Assembly (NCBI GenBank): GCA_017654855.1
Contig: CM030337.1
Location: 4,154,001 to 4,218,000 of the forward strand
DNA from: Podospora anserina
Lineage: Eukaryota
Direction: 5' to 3'
DNA: 64,000 nt
Of the stretch, positions 23,648 to 36,408 are shown in pieces. A program made the translations under genes and the position numbers. The notes below the pieces were generated by a model. That model had not been told where the DNA came from. It did not search any database and saw only the letters and a program-made list of their open reading frames with translations. Within the stretch, counting starts at the first letter, position 1; each line of letters begins with the position of its first letter.

Positions 23648-24119
23648 GGTCGAATTCAAGTTGTGGGGCGACCTCTTGCTGTGTATAGTCGAAGACCGAG
23701 TGGAGAGAGAGCAGTGGGAGGGGGAGGCAAATCCGGGGGGAGAAACAAAAAGAAGCAAGACAGGTGATTATATGGTCAATTAGCTCCAAACTCGGAACAA
23801 AATGACACGAAAGCCCACCAAGCTTTACTGACATCACCCAATGTCTTGATGTAAGGTAAACCACCCAGAAGAGCTCATGTTACAGCCGGAGGGTGGGGCA
23901 ATGCATGCGCCCACGCACCACCTCAGCACCTGCACCCATTTGGCGCACGGATCCCGACTGCCCAGCCAGAATTTTTGGAGCTTTCTCTGGTTCCACTCAC
24001 TCGAGCGAGAGAGCGCATCCCGCCAGAGAGGCCATCGCCAAAACCTTACGACGACCGCAGCAACCACCGACTCCGTACTCCGTGTCCCGGATCGCACCCG
24101 CCCAGCTCAACCCCGCAAC

Positions 24120-24593
24120 ATGGTTGTCAAAATCCGTCTCGCCCGCTTCGGGCGCACCAACTCGCCCTTTTACAACATTGTGGTAGCCCATGCCAGGTGC
24201 CTCTTCCCGAGCTCTTCGAAATGAAATTATGATGCTGACGGACAACAAACCAGGACGGCCCGCAACTCCCGGCCCCTCGAGGTGATCGGCACCTACGACC
24301 CCATCCCCAAGAAGGACACCTACGACGAGTCAGGGAGGCTGCACAAGGACATCAAGCTCGACATATCGAGGGCGCAATACTGGATTGGTGTGGGGGCACA
24401 GCCGACAGAGACAGCGACCAGATTGTTGAGCATGGTGAGAAGATAAACTCGAGATCGAGATGGGAGAGGGTGGTTTGTGGCTGACCAAGTTTTTCGACAT
24501 GACCAGGTGGGAATCGTGGACCCTAAATACCAGAAGACGCCACCAAGGAAGTCGACACCAAAAAAGGAAAAGGCGGCCCCGGCGGAGGCATGA
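24120..24593 (+). CDS. MRPS16: Mitochondrial ribosomal protein bS16m; 3 exons
   Basis: MVVKIRLARFGRTNSPFYNIVVAHAR|TARNSRPLEVIGTYDPIP..RAQYWIGVGAQPTET. Introns at about 24197-24253 and 24435-24507. Divergent from NNR1. Confidence 0.95.
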
Positions 24594-25286
24594 GTTATGG
24601 GAGGGTTTCCATGGGAATAGGAAGAGCGGCAATAGATGGGGATGGGACGGGCGTGTATTCTAAAGGGAGGATGCGTACTGATACCGCACACAACCCCTTG
24701 GCATATTTCTAAAAGGCGTTTTTGGGTCGACACTGTCTGGATTGTACGATACGGTAGGGGAATGGAAGCTCTGTCACTATTGTTTGGGAATTGTGGGAAA
24801 TCTTGCATCTCGAATGATGAAGTGGAGGGCTTGGGGGTTTTTCACGCCGACGAGTTCCCAACCAGGGCCAAGAACGTGTGACCTCCAAAAACCCAAGACG
24901 ATTCAAAGTAAGCAATTGTTGAGGGACCATAGCCAGCTGTCTGCCACATACAAACCCTAATCCTTGCCTATCCATGATGGCGACCAACAGCATCTACCTT
25001 AGCTTGTCTAGGTAGGTACTCAAATTTGACCGAGCTCAGAGGTCAAGCTGAGCCATAAGACATGATTCACATGTTTACTTCAAGCACTTGTATGAATGCC
25101 ACGTCCATCTCAGGACTACACATTCTCTTTCCTAGTATCATAGCCCAACCCCCATGCAAGCCGAGATCCCATAATGCGAAAACCCTATCATGCAGACTGT
25201 CTCCACGCACCCACACCACTCCACTCCACACCAAACCAAACATGTCTTATACCCCAAAGCCCACAATCTTTCCATCAAGCAAACAA

Positions 25287-25379
25287 GGTCCGCTGGCGTA
25301 ATGGCAGCGCGTCTGACTACGATCTTGACAAGAGATTCAAGTAATCAGGAGGTTCCAGGTTCGACCCCTGGGCGGATCG
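25287..25379 (+). tRNA. tRNA-Arg(ACG), intron-containing
   Basis: Acceptor GGTCCGC/GCGGATC, TCTGA-CT-ACG-A..intron..A-TCAGG, CCAGG-TTCGACC-CCTGG, followed by a T5 Pol III terminator. Confidence 0.93.
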
Positions 25380-25858
25380 TTTTTGTCCTCACAAACATCG
25401 AGGTTCTTCTTTTACCTTTTGTTCATCACTCCCATCTTCCCATCAGCAACATTCCTGCTTGGTGCCGCAGTAAAGACTGCTATGTCACAACCTCCAGGAG
25501 AAACTCTTCACAAGACCGAGCCATGTTGGAGAGGAAATATATTATCTCTTTTTATTCATCTTTTGGTATCCCTATCCAAGAAAAAAAAGGCAATGCATCC
25601 CGGCCGGCCTCCCTGTTCAACAGTCCCAGAAACGCCCATGATGTGAAATGTAGACGACTCCCCCTTCCCCCCGAAAATAAAAACCAACAGACATCACCCA
25701 GCCGCTTCCCATACGCTCCGCTTTGCTCCGGTTGACTCCCTCGTTTCCCGAAAAAATAATCGTGTTGACGTATGACATGTACCTGTACTGTGATCCCCCT
25801 TGCTCTTTTGTAACTTTCTCTACTATAACCGGTCTATAGTGGGCCCATCCAAAAGAGA

Positions 25859-27509
25859 TTAATGATGGGCGCTGAAGAGTGCATTCATCGCCAGGCAAAC
25901 AACCATGACGCAGGCACCGTAAATCGAAAGACCCAGAGCCATCTTGCGAATCAGCCCCGTCTCCAAGTGCTCCAAATCCCACCTCCACTTCTTAGATCTC
26001 CTCCTGCCACCGCGTCCGCTGATCACGCTCCCCAAGCTGGCAACACTGTCCAACAAACCAGATCCAATGACCGCAGCACTCTCTTCGTCGTCGTCGTTGT
26101 CATCGGCAGAATACTCGGCATCGTCGTCCTCCTTGGTCAAACGCTGGTGAAAGATACTATCCGGATCGCTAATCTTGTAGTAAAATAACCCCGGCAGGAT
26201 GAACGAGATGGCCGTCGAGCCTGTGCTACCGACATAGGCCAACACAGTGTCCAGCGTCTCGACGCTGAGCGCGGTGAAATAGCTAAGCACCAGAATGACG
26301 CTGGTAATGAGGGCAAAGCGAAGCTCCGACATGGCAACCACAGGTGCCCCGTGGCTATCCAGGGCGCCACCGCCGGCAGCTCCTCCTGAGGGAAGAAGGG
26401 GCTGGCTTCCGGTTCCGCCGCCCGATGGACGCGAACTTCCGGGACGCCAGCGCAGTACCGCGTCGATCGAGGCACGGCACGGGTGGATTTGGAGAGGAAT
26501 GCTGAAGGTGACGAGAATGACAATAGCGGCCTTGGCGATGGTGGAAGCAATCGAGGGTGGGTACATGCTGACGATGTTGCCCTTGACCTCGTTGCCAAAG
26601 GTAAGGTAGCCGGTAATGGCGACCAGGACGTAGATGGAGGCAGCAGATCCGATGCTGGATCCAATGACGCCAACGATACTGGCGGGGGAATTGTCCTTGA
26701 TCTCGTTCACGATAGAAAACATCTAGACAGCGTTAGACATGGAGTCGGGTAGCCGCATTCTAGTGGGAAGACATACATTCTGGTGGCAAGTGTAGGCAAA
26801 GATCATGACTGGTAGGCTCCTCAGCGCAGCTGTTGGGCCCTCCCAGGTGACCCAACGAATGTCCCGATTGTTTGGTACCTCATCAGCGCCAAAGTGGTAC
26901 ACGACCAGAATGACCAAGTACCCAATCGAAAGCAAGGCAACAATGCTGGTGTACTTGAGCGAGTCTAGCTTTTTGGGGAAGCTGAGCGGTATGATAAAAA
27001 CCAAGAAAAAGACAGTTATCCAGAACTTCCGGTCCGCGAGGAAGGGCAGCCCACTGTCGACACTCCCAAAGGCCTCGGCAACGCCGGGCATCAGGTCTCC
27101 GATGATGATCATGTACGAAACACCAACTCCAAAACACTTGATGGCGATGGCGGCATCAAACACCACGGCGGCGTTGGGATACGTGATCTGCGAGAGCGCA
27201 AAGAAGGACGAAGTTCCCCGATCGAGGTAACGTGCGCATCGTGACTGGAGGTACAAGCCAAACGCCGATGTCAAGCCGCACCACACAATTAACAGCGCTC
27301 CCCATAGTACACCAAAATGCGACATGGCGCCGGGCATGGCGAGTGTTCCGGCGCCCACAATGGTGTTCAGCAGGTTGATATTGCTGCTCATCATCGAGGC
27401 GTTGCCTCCACCCAACTTGGGGCTCCGTGTACGGCGATGTCTAGGACCGGAGAGTCAGCAATTCCCAATCCACAACCTGAGGAAGCTTGCGATATACTTA
27501 CTGCGTCAT
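25859..27509 (-). CDS. Vacuolar amino-acid transporter (AAAP family, Avt5/6/7-like); 3 exons
   Basis: MTQ|HRRTRSPKLGGGNASMMSSNINLLNTIVGAGTLAMP, AIKCFGVGVSY, FAYTCHQN|MFSI, GSTGSTAISFILPGLFY. Introns at about 27441-27501 and 26723-26776. Confidence 0.94.
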
Positions 27510-28321
27510 GGCAGCGGGAGAACCTCCAGGAACAAAACTATTCACTGTAGAATACCCAGTCATCGCAGGACAACTTGTATCCGAGTTGTCCAGACTTCTC
27601 AACAATAATCAACGATCGTATAGATGTAGCAGTGCTGTCGGGGGGTTGTGATGGCGGAATGGCAACGGATCTACGCTCGATTTTGCGGCCGTCGTCTTTC
27701 AATGGTTATCAGGGTCTTCGAAACCAGGCAGCCATCGCGGGAATCCCTTGGTTGGCAGTTGACCGCTGGAGTAGGCGTCGTCACGGAGCGTCTCTCGAGG
27801 AGTGACCTGAGCGTTCGGTGTGTCGACAAGAGATGGGGTAGTAATGATACTCGATTGCCTGACGCAGGCGGTCGCTGTTGTATGGTATCGCGGGAGGTTT
27901 TTCCTCGTCGTCGTTGTCGTATGCGCTGAGGTGAGGTGAGCAAAAGAGGAAGAAGGGGGCCAACAAAAGCCGGGGGCCTGGACAGGAACAGGGTGGTTGT
28001 CTCAGAAAGTCGGCCAATTACAATCGCCACAAAAAATAAAATTGGGGCTCCACGTCACGCGAGCCGTCAACCCGCTCGCTAACTATCAGCCTTACAATAG
28101 CGATAACGGGGACTGACCACCCATCACAAGCCACGCCCGTTGCATTGGTAAATACCACCAAGTAAATACAACCGGTAACCACGCCGTCGTTTGCCCCGTC
28201 TCTCTCTCCCTTCGCTGGTCAAGAGTCTCCAATTGGTCAACATCGCATCACGCACTGCACCAGGCGGACAACTGTCAATTCTACAGAAACATCACACCTC
28301 GGTTCGGCAACCCGCGACGTC

Positions 28322-29021
28322 ATGGACGACACGCTGGACAAGACAACGCTGTCGACGATTGAGCTGCTCGAAGTTCGTCTGTTGCGCATTGAGCACATTC
28401 TCTACGGCCCCACGACAGCTTCAGCCCAACCAGCATCCGAGTCAGCATCCACGTCTCTGGCTGAGCTCGAGCAGCGGTTTTCTCTCCTGCTTCGACACAT
28501 GCGTGTTTACGCCGAGATCCTCAAGATCTGTATGTTCCTGTCCCCACCATGCCCTCCTGATCCCTCTTCTCTTCACAAGGCTTACACGTCGTCTAGACAA
28601 ATACCAGCCCTCTTTCTTCCAACCACCACCGTTCAATCCCAATGCTCCTTCAGAAAACACACCACCGATCGATCTATCCCCGGAAGCGGTTCGAGCGACT
28701 GTGCTATCGTATGCGTCTCAGTTCCCGTCGACAGCGTCAGCCCTGACTGCAGTGACATCCGACACGCCCATCCCCGACGCGAAACTGAGTGCCGAGCTGG
28801 CCTCCTTACTGCCCAAGATGAAGGGTATTCAAGCAACACAGATGGTGCAGGAGGCTGAGATCGCTGAGCTGCGGGCAAGGAGCGAACGAGTAGTCAAGGC
28901 ATGGTATGAAGGGGGCGTTTTGAGGTACGGCCGCTTCGTGGCTGATCACGAGGGAAGATTGGAAAAGGTGGAAAGAGGTCTGCGGAGGATCGAGAAGGAA
29001 AGGGAGGAACCGCCGCTTTGA
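28322..29021 (+). CDS. ro-10: Nuclear distribution protein Ro10 / dynactin p24-like; 2 exons
   Basis: MDDTLDKTTLSTIELLEVRLLRIEHILYG...; intron 28530-28596 joins to YKYQPSFF..VLSYASQFPSTASALT..EIAELRARSERVVKAWYE. The assignment is from recognition. Confidence 0.8.
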
Positions 29022-32000
29022 ACTCGACGACATTATCATCAGGACTGGAACGAAACGGCGATCGATTCCGGCATGACTTTGAAGGGATGGGGAAACACCA
29101 TGGCGATGGGCGCTTGACCCGTTTGGCTATGTCCATGGTTTTCTGGCTAAGTGCTAGGGTACATTTGGCACAATGGACACAAGAATCGCGGGGGGCTAGT
29201 AACACCGCGGCCACAAGGCTGGGGTATATGGACATGGCAGCGGACCTGGATTGGATGAAGAGAGGCGCCGATGATATCTCACAGCAGCTGTAGTCGGAGC
29301 AAGAAGCCTACTTTTGGGGAAAAAAGATGTTGTGACAGGGCCCTGCTGTGTCACCCGACAAGTCTCAGTTCCCCAGCCGGCATTCGCACTCTCCGTGTTT
29401 CAAAGCCGCCATTTCAATCCGCGATCACGCATTTGCCGCGTTACACCTACACCGAAGATCAAGCAAGAGAGTGGCATAGCCAGCGCCTAAGAGGTAGACG
29501 CTTTTGTATTTACTTTTTATACCGTCACGAATTGGACGTCGGCCCGAGAGAGTTCTCCAGGCAGTTTTGCCGGGGTTGTCCTGTGGGGCACGCGCCGACG
29601 TTCTGGAAGGGCCATGGATATGGAAAAGGCGGCCGGGCAGTATGACCGACTCGCTGACTTGGCCAGCGTGGGGAAGGTCGTGATATCGAAAGCCGGTTGG
29701 TTACAATATCGACGCCGGTTGGCACCCTGGGCCGCAGGCCGGCAACCCTTCCGGGCCCGGCCATGCAAACTCCATCTGATGTTCAGCCTGGGCACCAAAA
29801 ACTTCAGCAGGGGAGGAGCTGGACGCGGTGTTGGGACCCTCCTGGACTCGTTTGTGCTTGCTGTGCGATTATGCCAATTGCAGCAAGCGGATGGCGGTGT
29901 AGGTCGAGACTTGCCATGCGGGCCACTAGTAATTAATCAATGGAAAGAATTGCCTGATCATGACTATCTAGGATTTGATGCTACACTTTGTGCTTGTTGA
30001 AAAGCCGGAATCTCCCAGGATTTGCTCATAAATGACCGCCGTTACGACATGACCTTGTATATGAAGAGCAAGGCCCACTCGATCAAATCGGCGCTAACGC
30101 AGGAACCGCGAAACGACTCCATTCCAGGAAGTTCGTGACGTCGATTGATTCGCAACTAGGAGGTAAAGGTCCACGTGGATGGTGGACAAAGATAATGGTG
30201 AGAAAACCGCTCAACGCCGTGCTGTTGTAACACACACAGTGCCCCCTCTCCGTCGGAGACATTCGTTTTCACCAGAGCCAACCGCTTCGCCACTTCTCGA
30301 AGGTCGTCAACCGTCAACAGTGTCACAACACCACCCGACCTGGTGGACTATGGGCGCAGTTATCAGTCAACCACGAAGGTTTGCCTCTGCATTCTTGAAA
30401 CCGCCATGTCTTTTTCCCCCTCTGCGTCTCTTGCTAATGGTCTGTCTGAAAAGCCGCTCGTCACCGTCGTGGTGCTCAGGCCGTGCGTTGGTCAGCCAAG
30501 AACAAGGGGTTCAGTCAGGGGGGCCGCGCGACACAGCCTGATTTAGAAAGCGACCACCACCAGCCTATCAGCTCGCGTCACCCTTCCTATTGTTCTGCAA
30601 CTAAACCTCCCCCCTCGGCTCCTTGAGGTGGTCAGAGCGTCTCCTTTAAGATCGATACGACGTAATGAATTGAATTGTTTTCTAGCGTGCCGGGGTGTCC
30701 ATTGTCTAGTCTTCGACGGGGACGTTGAGGCTAAAATAATTCCAGAAGACGCTTGTTTCCAGCTTTGATGAATCTGAATCAGCGACCACCCGAAGAGGGC
30801 ATGCGCCCACGATGCAGCTGGTCAATAGGGCGCCGCATTATGGCATCCATAGCTCGGGGCAGAGGTCCATCCCGCCGGCCTTTGGCCTTGTGCGGTCGAC
30901 TGTCAGCGGGGTGAGCTGGGCTGTTGAGGTACGGGAATTGAGTTGTCGACCGTTCAAGTTCAGCTGTTAGACTGCCTTTCAGTCTGTAGGTCGACAGCCC
31001 AGAGAGAACAGTTCCCCGCAGATGTCGCCAGTGATCACCAAAGGACTGGAAAGGATGGAAGGCCACAAGGCCTGGATAAAATGCTTGGCTCGGCAGGGCA
31101 CAGCATGGACCACCCATTTTCGCTGCATCCAGGCCCCATCCCGACCAAGCCGGCCAATCCCCGTCAGGCCTGCACCACACTGCATCCACATCCACTCGCT
31201 GGGCTCAGCCAGTGAGAGCAGGCCTCCGAAAAGGGCAGTCTGCAGTGCCCCTTCCCGCCATTGCCCTCCAACGCAACCATCATTTACCTACCGTACCCTT
31301 CCCCCCTCGTCCCTCTTTTTCCCGCCCCCTTCTCACCATTTTGACCGACCCCTTCGCTTCTTCACCACCACCCGACGGCCGACCATCGTCACCACCTCAC
31401 CCTCTGCCCGACCGACTTCCCTCAACAGTCCCCTACGACACACGATCGGAGCACGCCGGCCGGAACTGCGATTGCGACACGACAGGCTACCTACCTGAAG
31501 ATAGGACAGGACAGGACCACTGGACTGAAGGGGGAAAAAAGCGGAGGATTCTGAGACACCGAAGGGTTTTTTCGTTGTTGTTTATTATTCTTTTTTCTTC
31601 TCGGCTCTCGACATTCTGTCATGACAATTGGCGGTCCTGCAATTGCGACCACTATTACCTACCTACTAAGGTGCTACGACCCGACCTCCACTATTCCCGG
31701 TCCCCGAGCTTTGCTTTAAGTTTCAGCGCGCCGAGACGACGGGCCCCCCGAGCTCGATAGCCACATTACCTGCTACCACCTGAGGAACTAGACGCTTGCA
31801 TTTACCGAACTCAAAGGCTTCCCTTGCAGCAATCCCCCTCCCCCTCCCCCGAACTCCCCGACGCCGGGGCTCCCCCTTCTTCACGCGACGACGCTTGCGA
31901 CCTGCGGCTTGTGAATTCCATTCCAACCTAGGCACTGCCCTATCAGGACAGCTGTCTCATGCCCAATCGCGAGTCTTGCGTCAATTGAATCGCCACCGAA

Positions 32001-32065
32001 GCGCGGTTCGCCCTCCTATCACCCTCGACGTCTTTTAATCGCCAGCCCAAGGCCCGCTCGTCCTT

Positions 32066-33076
32066 ATGCCCAACTACGGCTCACTACACTCGCCATCGCT
32101 CAGGAAAATGGAACAGTCCAGAATTCAGTACGGGCGGAAGCGCCTAAGCCTTGGGAATATCATCGGTGACCCATTTGCCTTGGCAACCATCTCCATTGCT
32201 TTTGTAGGTACCCGACGCGCTTCCAAGAAACATATTAATTGCTGACTGTGTTCGACATAGCTTGCCTGGATCATTTCCTTCTTCGGTTCCTTGTTTGCCC
32301 ACATCAATCAGCCACCAAATACCCCCGGAGTCAACAACTCCTTTCCCCTGTATACGTGGTGGGCTGTTGTGTTCTACTTCTTCCTCGTCGTCGGCGTTTT
32401 CATCGTTGTCGCTTCGGACAGCGTTCAGACCTACCATGTCGCCATTGTCGGATACCTCGGTTGCGGGCTTGTGCTGTCCACATCAGCAGTCCATGGCTTG
32501 ATCTACTCCAACATTGGCTCTCGTGAGGCGGCTGCCGCCGGCATGATCCTGCTGGCCATGGTCACCATTGTCTGGATCTTCTACTTTGGTTCGGCCCCGT
32601 CGGCGGTGCCACGCGCTTACATTGACTCCTTTGCGCTCGCCAAGGAGTCATCCACCAACCGACAGACGATGAACACCGGTTACGGCATTGGCCGCCCCGA
32701 GACATCAACCTCGGTCCAGCCCCCGCAGATGTACACAGCTCAGCTTAACGGTCTCGAGAACCCATCGCCTGTAGGAGGCATGCAGTCGTCTGGCATGCGC
32801 AACTCTGCTGTCCCCCCGCCTTTCCAGTCAACACTTGGTCAAAAGTCCAACGGCTTGCCAGGAAGCTCCGATGGGGACATTGCTCCTCCCACCGAATACC
32901 CATACCGCGCCAAGGCCATCTACAGCTACGAGGCCAATCCCGAGGACGCCAATGAGATTTCATTCCAGAAGCATGAAATTCTCGAAGTCAGCGATGTCAG
33001 CGGCAGGTGGTGGCAAGCGAGGAAAGAGAATGGCGACACGGGTATTGCGCCAAGTAACTACCTCATTCTGTTATAG
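32066..33076 (+). CDS. SHO1: High-osmolarity sensor Sho1 (4 TM plus SH3); 2 exons
   Basis: [18 protein letters not shown] across intron 32204-32260, four TM segments, C-terminal SH3 [40 protein letters not shown]. Confidence 0.97.
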
Positions 33077-34909
33077 ACGACTGTCGATGGAATGAGAGGC
33101 TCAGGAGAGCTTGCAGTTCATCACAGCACACTACACTACAGCACACAGCCCAGCACAGCATGATTGGGAAAACAGTCGGCAATTACCGTGGGCGCGCGCA
33201 CGTACAACATTGTGGATGATTATTTTTTCTGGTTTTTTTTTTTTTTTTTTGGCTTGGTCGTCGGCAAATGACACGACACACTGGCCTTTTTATATACCCA
33301 GCAAGAGTTTCGGTGCGGGCGGCGGCGGTGGTTCGACGGTGGTCCGGAGTTTGGCGCAGAAAGGGTGACGCTCGACTGGGAACCGGACAACAAAACCAAT
33401 GATTCTCTGGGACGGACAGTTGAAACGGGCGCTCAAAATTGGCGCGCCCGCTGATGCTCAAAGATGCTGAGCTCATGGATAGATCACTCTGGTTGCCAGA
33501 TTGGAGACAGAAAGCATGTCCTTTGACTACGGATGATGCATTGTCTCTTGGTGTTGATATTCAGCGCCTTGGATCTGTTTGGATTAGGGGGAAAATCAAG
33601 GCGGGCGGAGCAAAGAGGATAGAGGGAGAAAAGAGAGCATAGGAAGGGGCTCTTTGGGTGGGGAAACACTTTGTCTCCCTCTCTCTTGGACCGGGTTCTG
33701 CGTGCCTGACTGCGCGTGTGTGTGTCTGTGTGCCAAGTGTGGGATTAGGCATTGCCAGCTCTCTTGTCTTTTTTTTAATGATATTTCTGGGCTGGGCGGG
33801 ACTTGGTATTTGTTCTTGTTAAAACACTTGGTTTTCCTTTTTTTTTTTTTCTTTTTCTTTTCTTCGTACCAAAACAGTACCCCCTTGGACGCTAAGCTTT
33901 ATCTACCACTCTTGAGTCGGACAACCGAACGGCAAAACAAAAGGATGAAGCCTTTTATAACACCACCTCACTTGCTTCAAAAGCTGGGAGTCTGTTGCTT
34001 TTTGTCCTTAATGATGTGGTTGGGTTTTGTGTTTCTCGGATAATTCTATGTCGCGATGCTTGACTGGTTTCGCTCTGTTTCTGTTTCGACGAGTATTCCA
34101 TGTACGATATTTTGGCTTGGGTTTGACTGGGTATCTTGGGGCATTTGGAACGCCGGGTAGTTCAGAGCTTGGTTGTTCTGGAATGGGACGAGGAAGAGCT
34201 GGCAAAAAGCAACAGGGGTGGAAGATAGGTGGTTAGAAGTCCAGAAGTATATAGGCACGTTTCAAAACATGTCTGCTTGAGCTTGTTTAAGTGATTCTCG
34301 ACACCAACTGCTCCGCTGTTGAGCATCATCTTCTTTCTAATCTAAACCGCAACTGAAGACGGAGCTTCATCATCTCCCTTGGCAATTGATCCACCATCCA
34401 TGGACTTGCAGTCTCTCTAGCTCTGCTCAATAATGCCATGCTTCTCTTGTCTCTGGCCAGACATCGTCCCCCTCGTTCAATATTTGCCGATAATATTGAC
34501 TGCTCAGCCAAACCAGTCACGGCAGCTAGCCGCCTGGTGTTTCCGCACCGAACTTAAGTCCAGAGAGTTGTCTCGTGTACGAGCCCCTCCGTATGAAAAC
34601 CTCCGAGGCACCACGTTTGTGGCTACCATTGTTCGAGGCGTCTTTCCTACCCGCGCTCCATTATGTTGCTCGTGACCAGGCTCTGAAATATCCTTACAAC
34701 ATTACCCCAAGTCGATGGCGTGTCCAGAACGACCGCGAACTGACATAGCTCTGATCTCGCTGGCCAACTCGGTAGCAGCATAGTCGACATACTTATGGAA
34801 GCCTGTCAAACGCTCTCTCTGTCTCTCAAGACAGAAGATTCGAGAGTCGGCCCCGTTGGGCAGTCCCTTGCTGCCTTTATTCCTCCCAATCACCAAAAAA
34901 AGATGACAA

Positions 34910-35476
34910 TCAATGTCTCTCAAGCCTCTTCCTCAGCTCCCTCTCCTTCTGCTGCACCTCCATTTCCAACCTCTCCACGCTGTACTTGAGCGCTTCCTTC
35001 CTCTGCGCCACCACCTTGGCCCTCAGCGCCGCTGACCCATCCAACCTGCGCGATCGTGCTGCCTTCAACTTCTTCTCCCGCTCTCTCTCCTGCTGACGCC
35101 TCTGTCTTTCCTGCTGGGCGGAGCTGGCACCCTCGGAAGTGTAGTGCGACAGCCTCCCGGCGTTTAGCTCGGCTCTGGCTTTGAGCGTTTCTATCCTTCT
35201 TGCTTGGCGGTCAATGTTCTTTTCGGCGCGGTCGAGAAGCAGCGAGATGAAGGGTCCGATCTCATCGCGGAGAGAGGCTTCCGCGGCGGCCAGGGTGGGC
35301 TGGGGGATGAGCTCGTAGTGGCGGACGGTCTTGAGGAGGGATGTTAGGCGGGGAAAGTCGGAGATGCCAGCGTCGAGGGTGGAGACGGAGGATTGAAGGT
35401 AGGAGAGGGAGGTTCGGAGTGAGGTAACGCACGAAGCGTAGGAGGGTTGTCGTTGCTGGTAGGATTGGTAAGCCAT
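34910..35476 (-). CDS. SPC19: DASH/Dam1 complex subunit Spc19
   Basis: CVTSLRTSLSYLQSSVSTLDAGISDFPRLTSLLKTVRHYELIP and C-terminal coiled coil KEALKYSVERLEMEV. Confidence 0.9.
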   Translation of the reverse strand: MAYQSYQQRQPSYASCVTSLRTSLSYLQSSVSTLDAGISDFPRLTSLLKTVRHYELIPQPTLAAAEASLRDEIGPFISLLLDRAEKNIDRQARRIETLKARAELNAGRLSHYTSEGASSAQQERQRRQQEREREKKLKAARSRRLDGSAALRAKVVAQRKEALKYSVERLEMEVQQKERELRKRLERH

Positions 35477-35870
35477 TTTTTGTTTTGTTTACTTGGTGAT
35501 GGTGTTGGGGAGAGTTGGGTGTTGTTAAGCAAAGCGTGGTGGAGGCTTTTGAGAGCGGAACCGCAACCTTCCCTTCTTGGCCATGCACAGACCACCACAC
35601 GCTTGGCTGGTAGCTTTCCTCCAAGTCCACACCTTGAACCGTTCCAGCTGTTTCAACCGTGACAATGGCGCCTTTGTCAGTCGAGTTTACTGGCGTTCAC
35701 AGCTCAGATGACAGCGCCACAGACAAGCCAGAGGAAGAATGGTTCAGGCAGCCAGCATGATAAATTCTCTGCATGAGCAACGTCCGTTTGGTGGTTGCTG
35801 TTCTCTCCCATCATCATCACCACCACCCTAGCAGTCCTCTGCTTTGATCAGCACAACACCACTTTCCAAG

Positions 35871-36408
35871 ATGGCACACAAAGACCCGTCACCAGAGAGA
35901 GCCGCGAAGCGGGCGACGAACAATAAGAAAGCCGTTGCAGAAATAGTCACTGAGATGGGCCGCCGCAAGCGAGCATCTCAAAAGACGCCAGAAACCGTGG
36001 AGAAGGCAGAGGAAGCGAAAAAGGCCAACGTTGCCGTTGTCGCAAAGACAACCCAAAGAATTGCTTCCAACACTGGATGTCGTTTCCTCTCTTCTCTTCT
36101 ACCCTTCGGATTCCCCAAAGACTTCCAAGTCGGAGCCGGCCAAGGACAAGGTAGACGCACCAGCCCCGTCGCAATCCTCACGACGGTCGAAGCTCGAGAG
36201 CGAAAAGTTAGCTTTGGCTCAGAAGCTATCCAAAGGGGAGATCACGCCGGCGGAATACGAGAGAGCGATGTGTCTGCTCTGGGACCGGCCCAAGCTGTCT
36301 GCGGACAGGGCATGGGCCATCATCGGTTCCGATGGGCCATCTGACGAGAACGAGAACACCGTCGACGACAGCAACCAGCAGAACGGCGGGCGCTGCGTGT
36401 TGATGTGA
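35871..36408 (+). other. Possible frameshifted small charged protein gene ending in CaaX (CVLM)
   Basis: Strong-context ATG 35871 opens a K/E/A-rich frame. A second protein-like frame (+1) runs to NGGRCVLM* at 36408. No frame-correcting intron was found. Confidence 0.4.
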
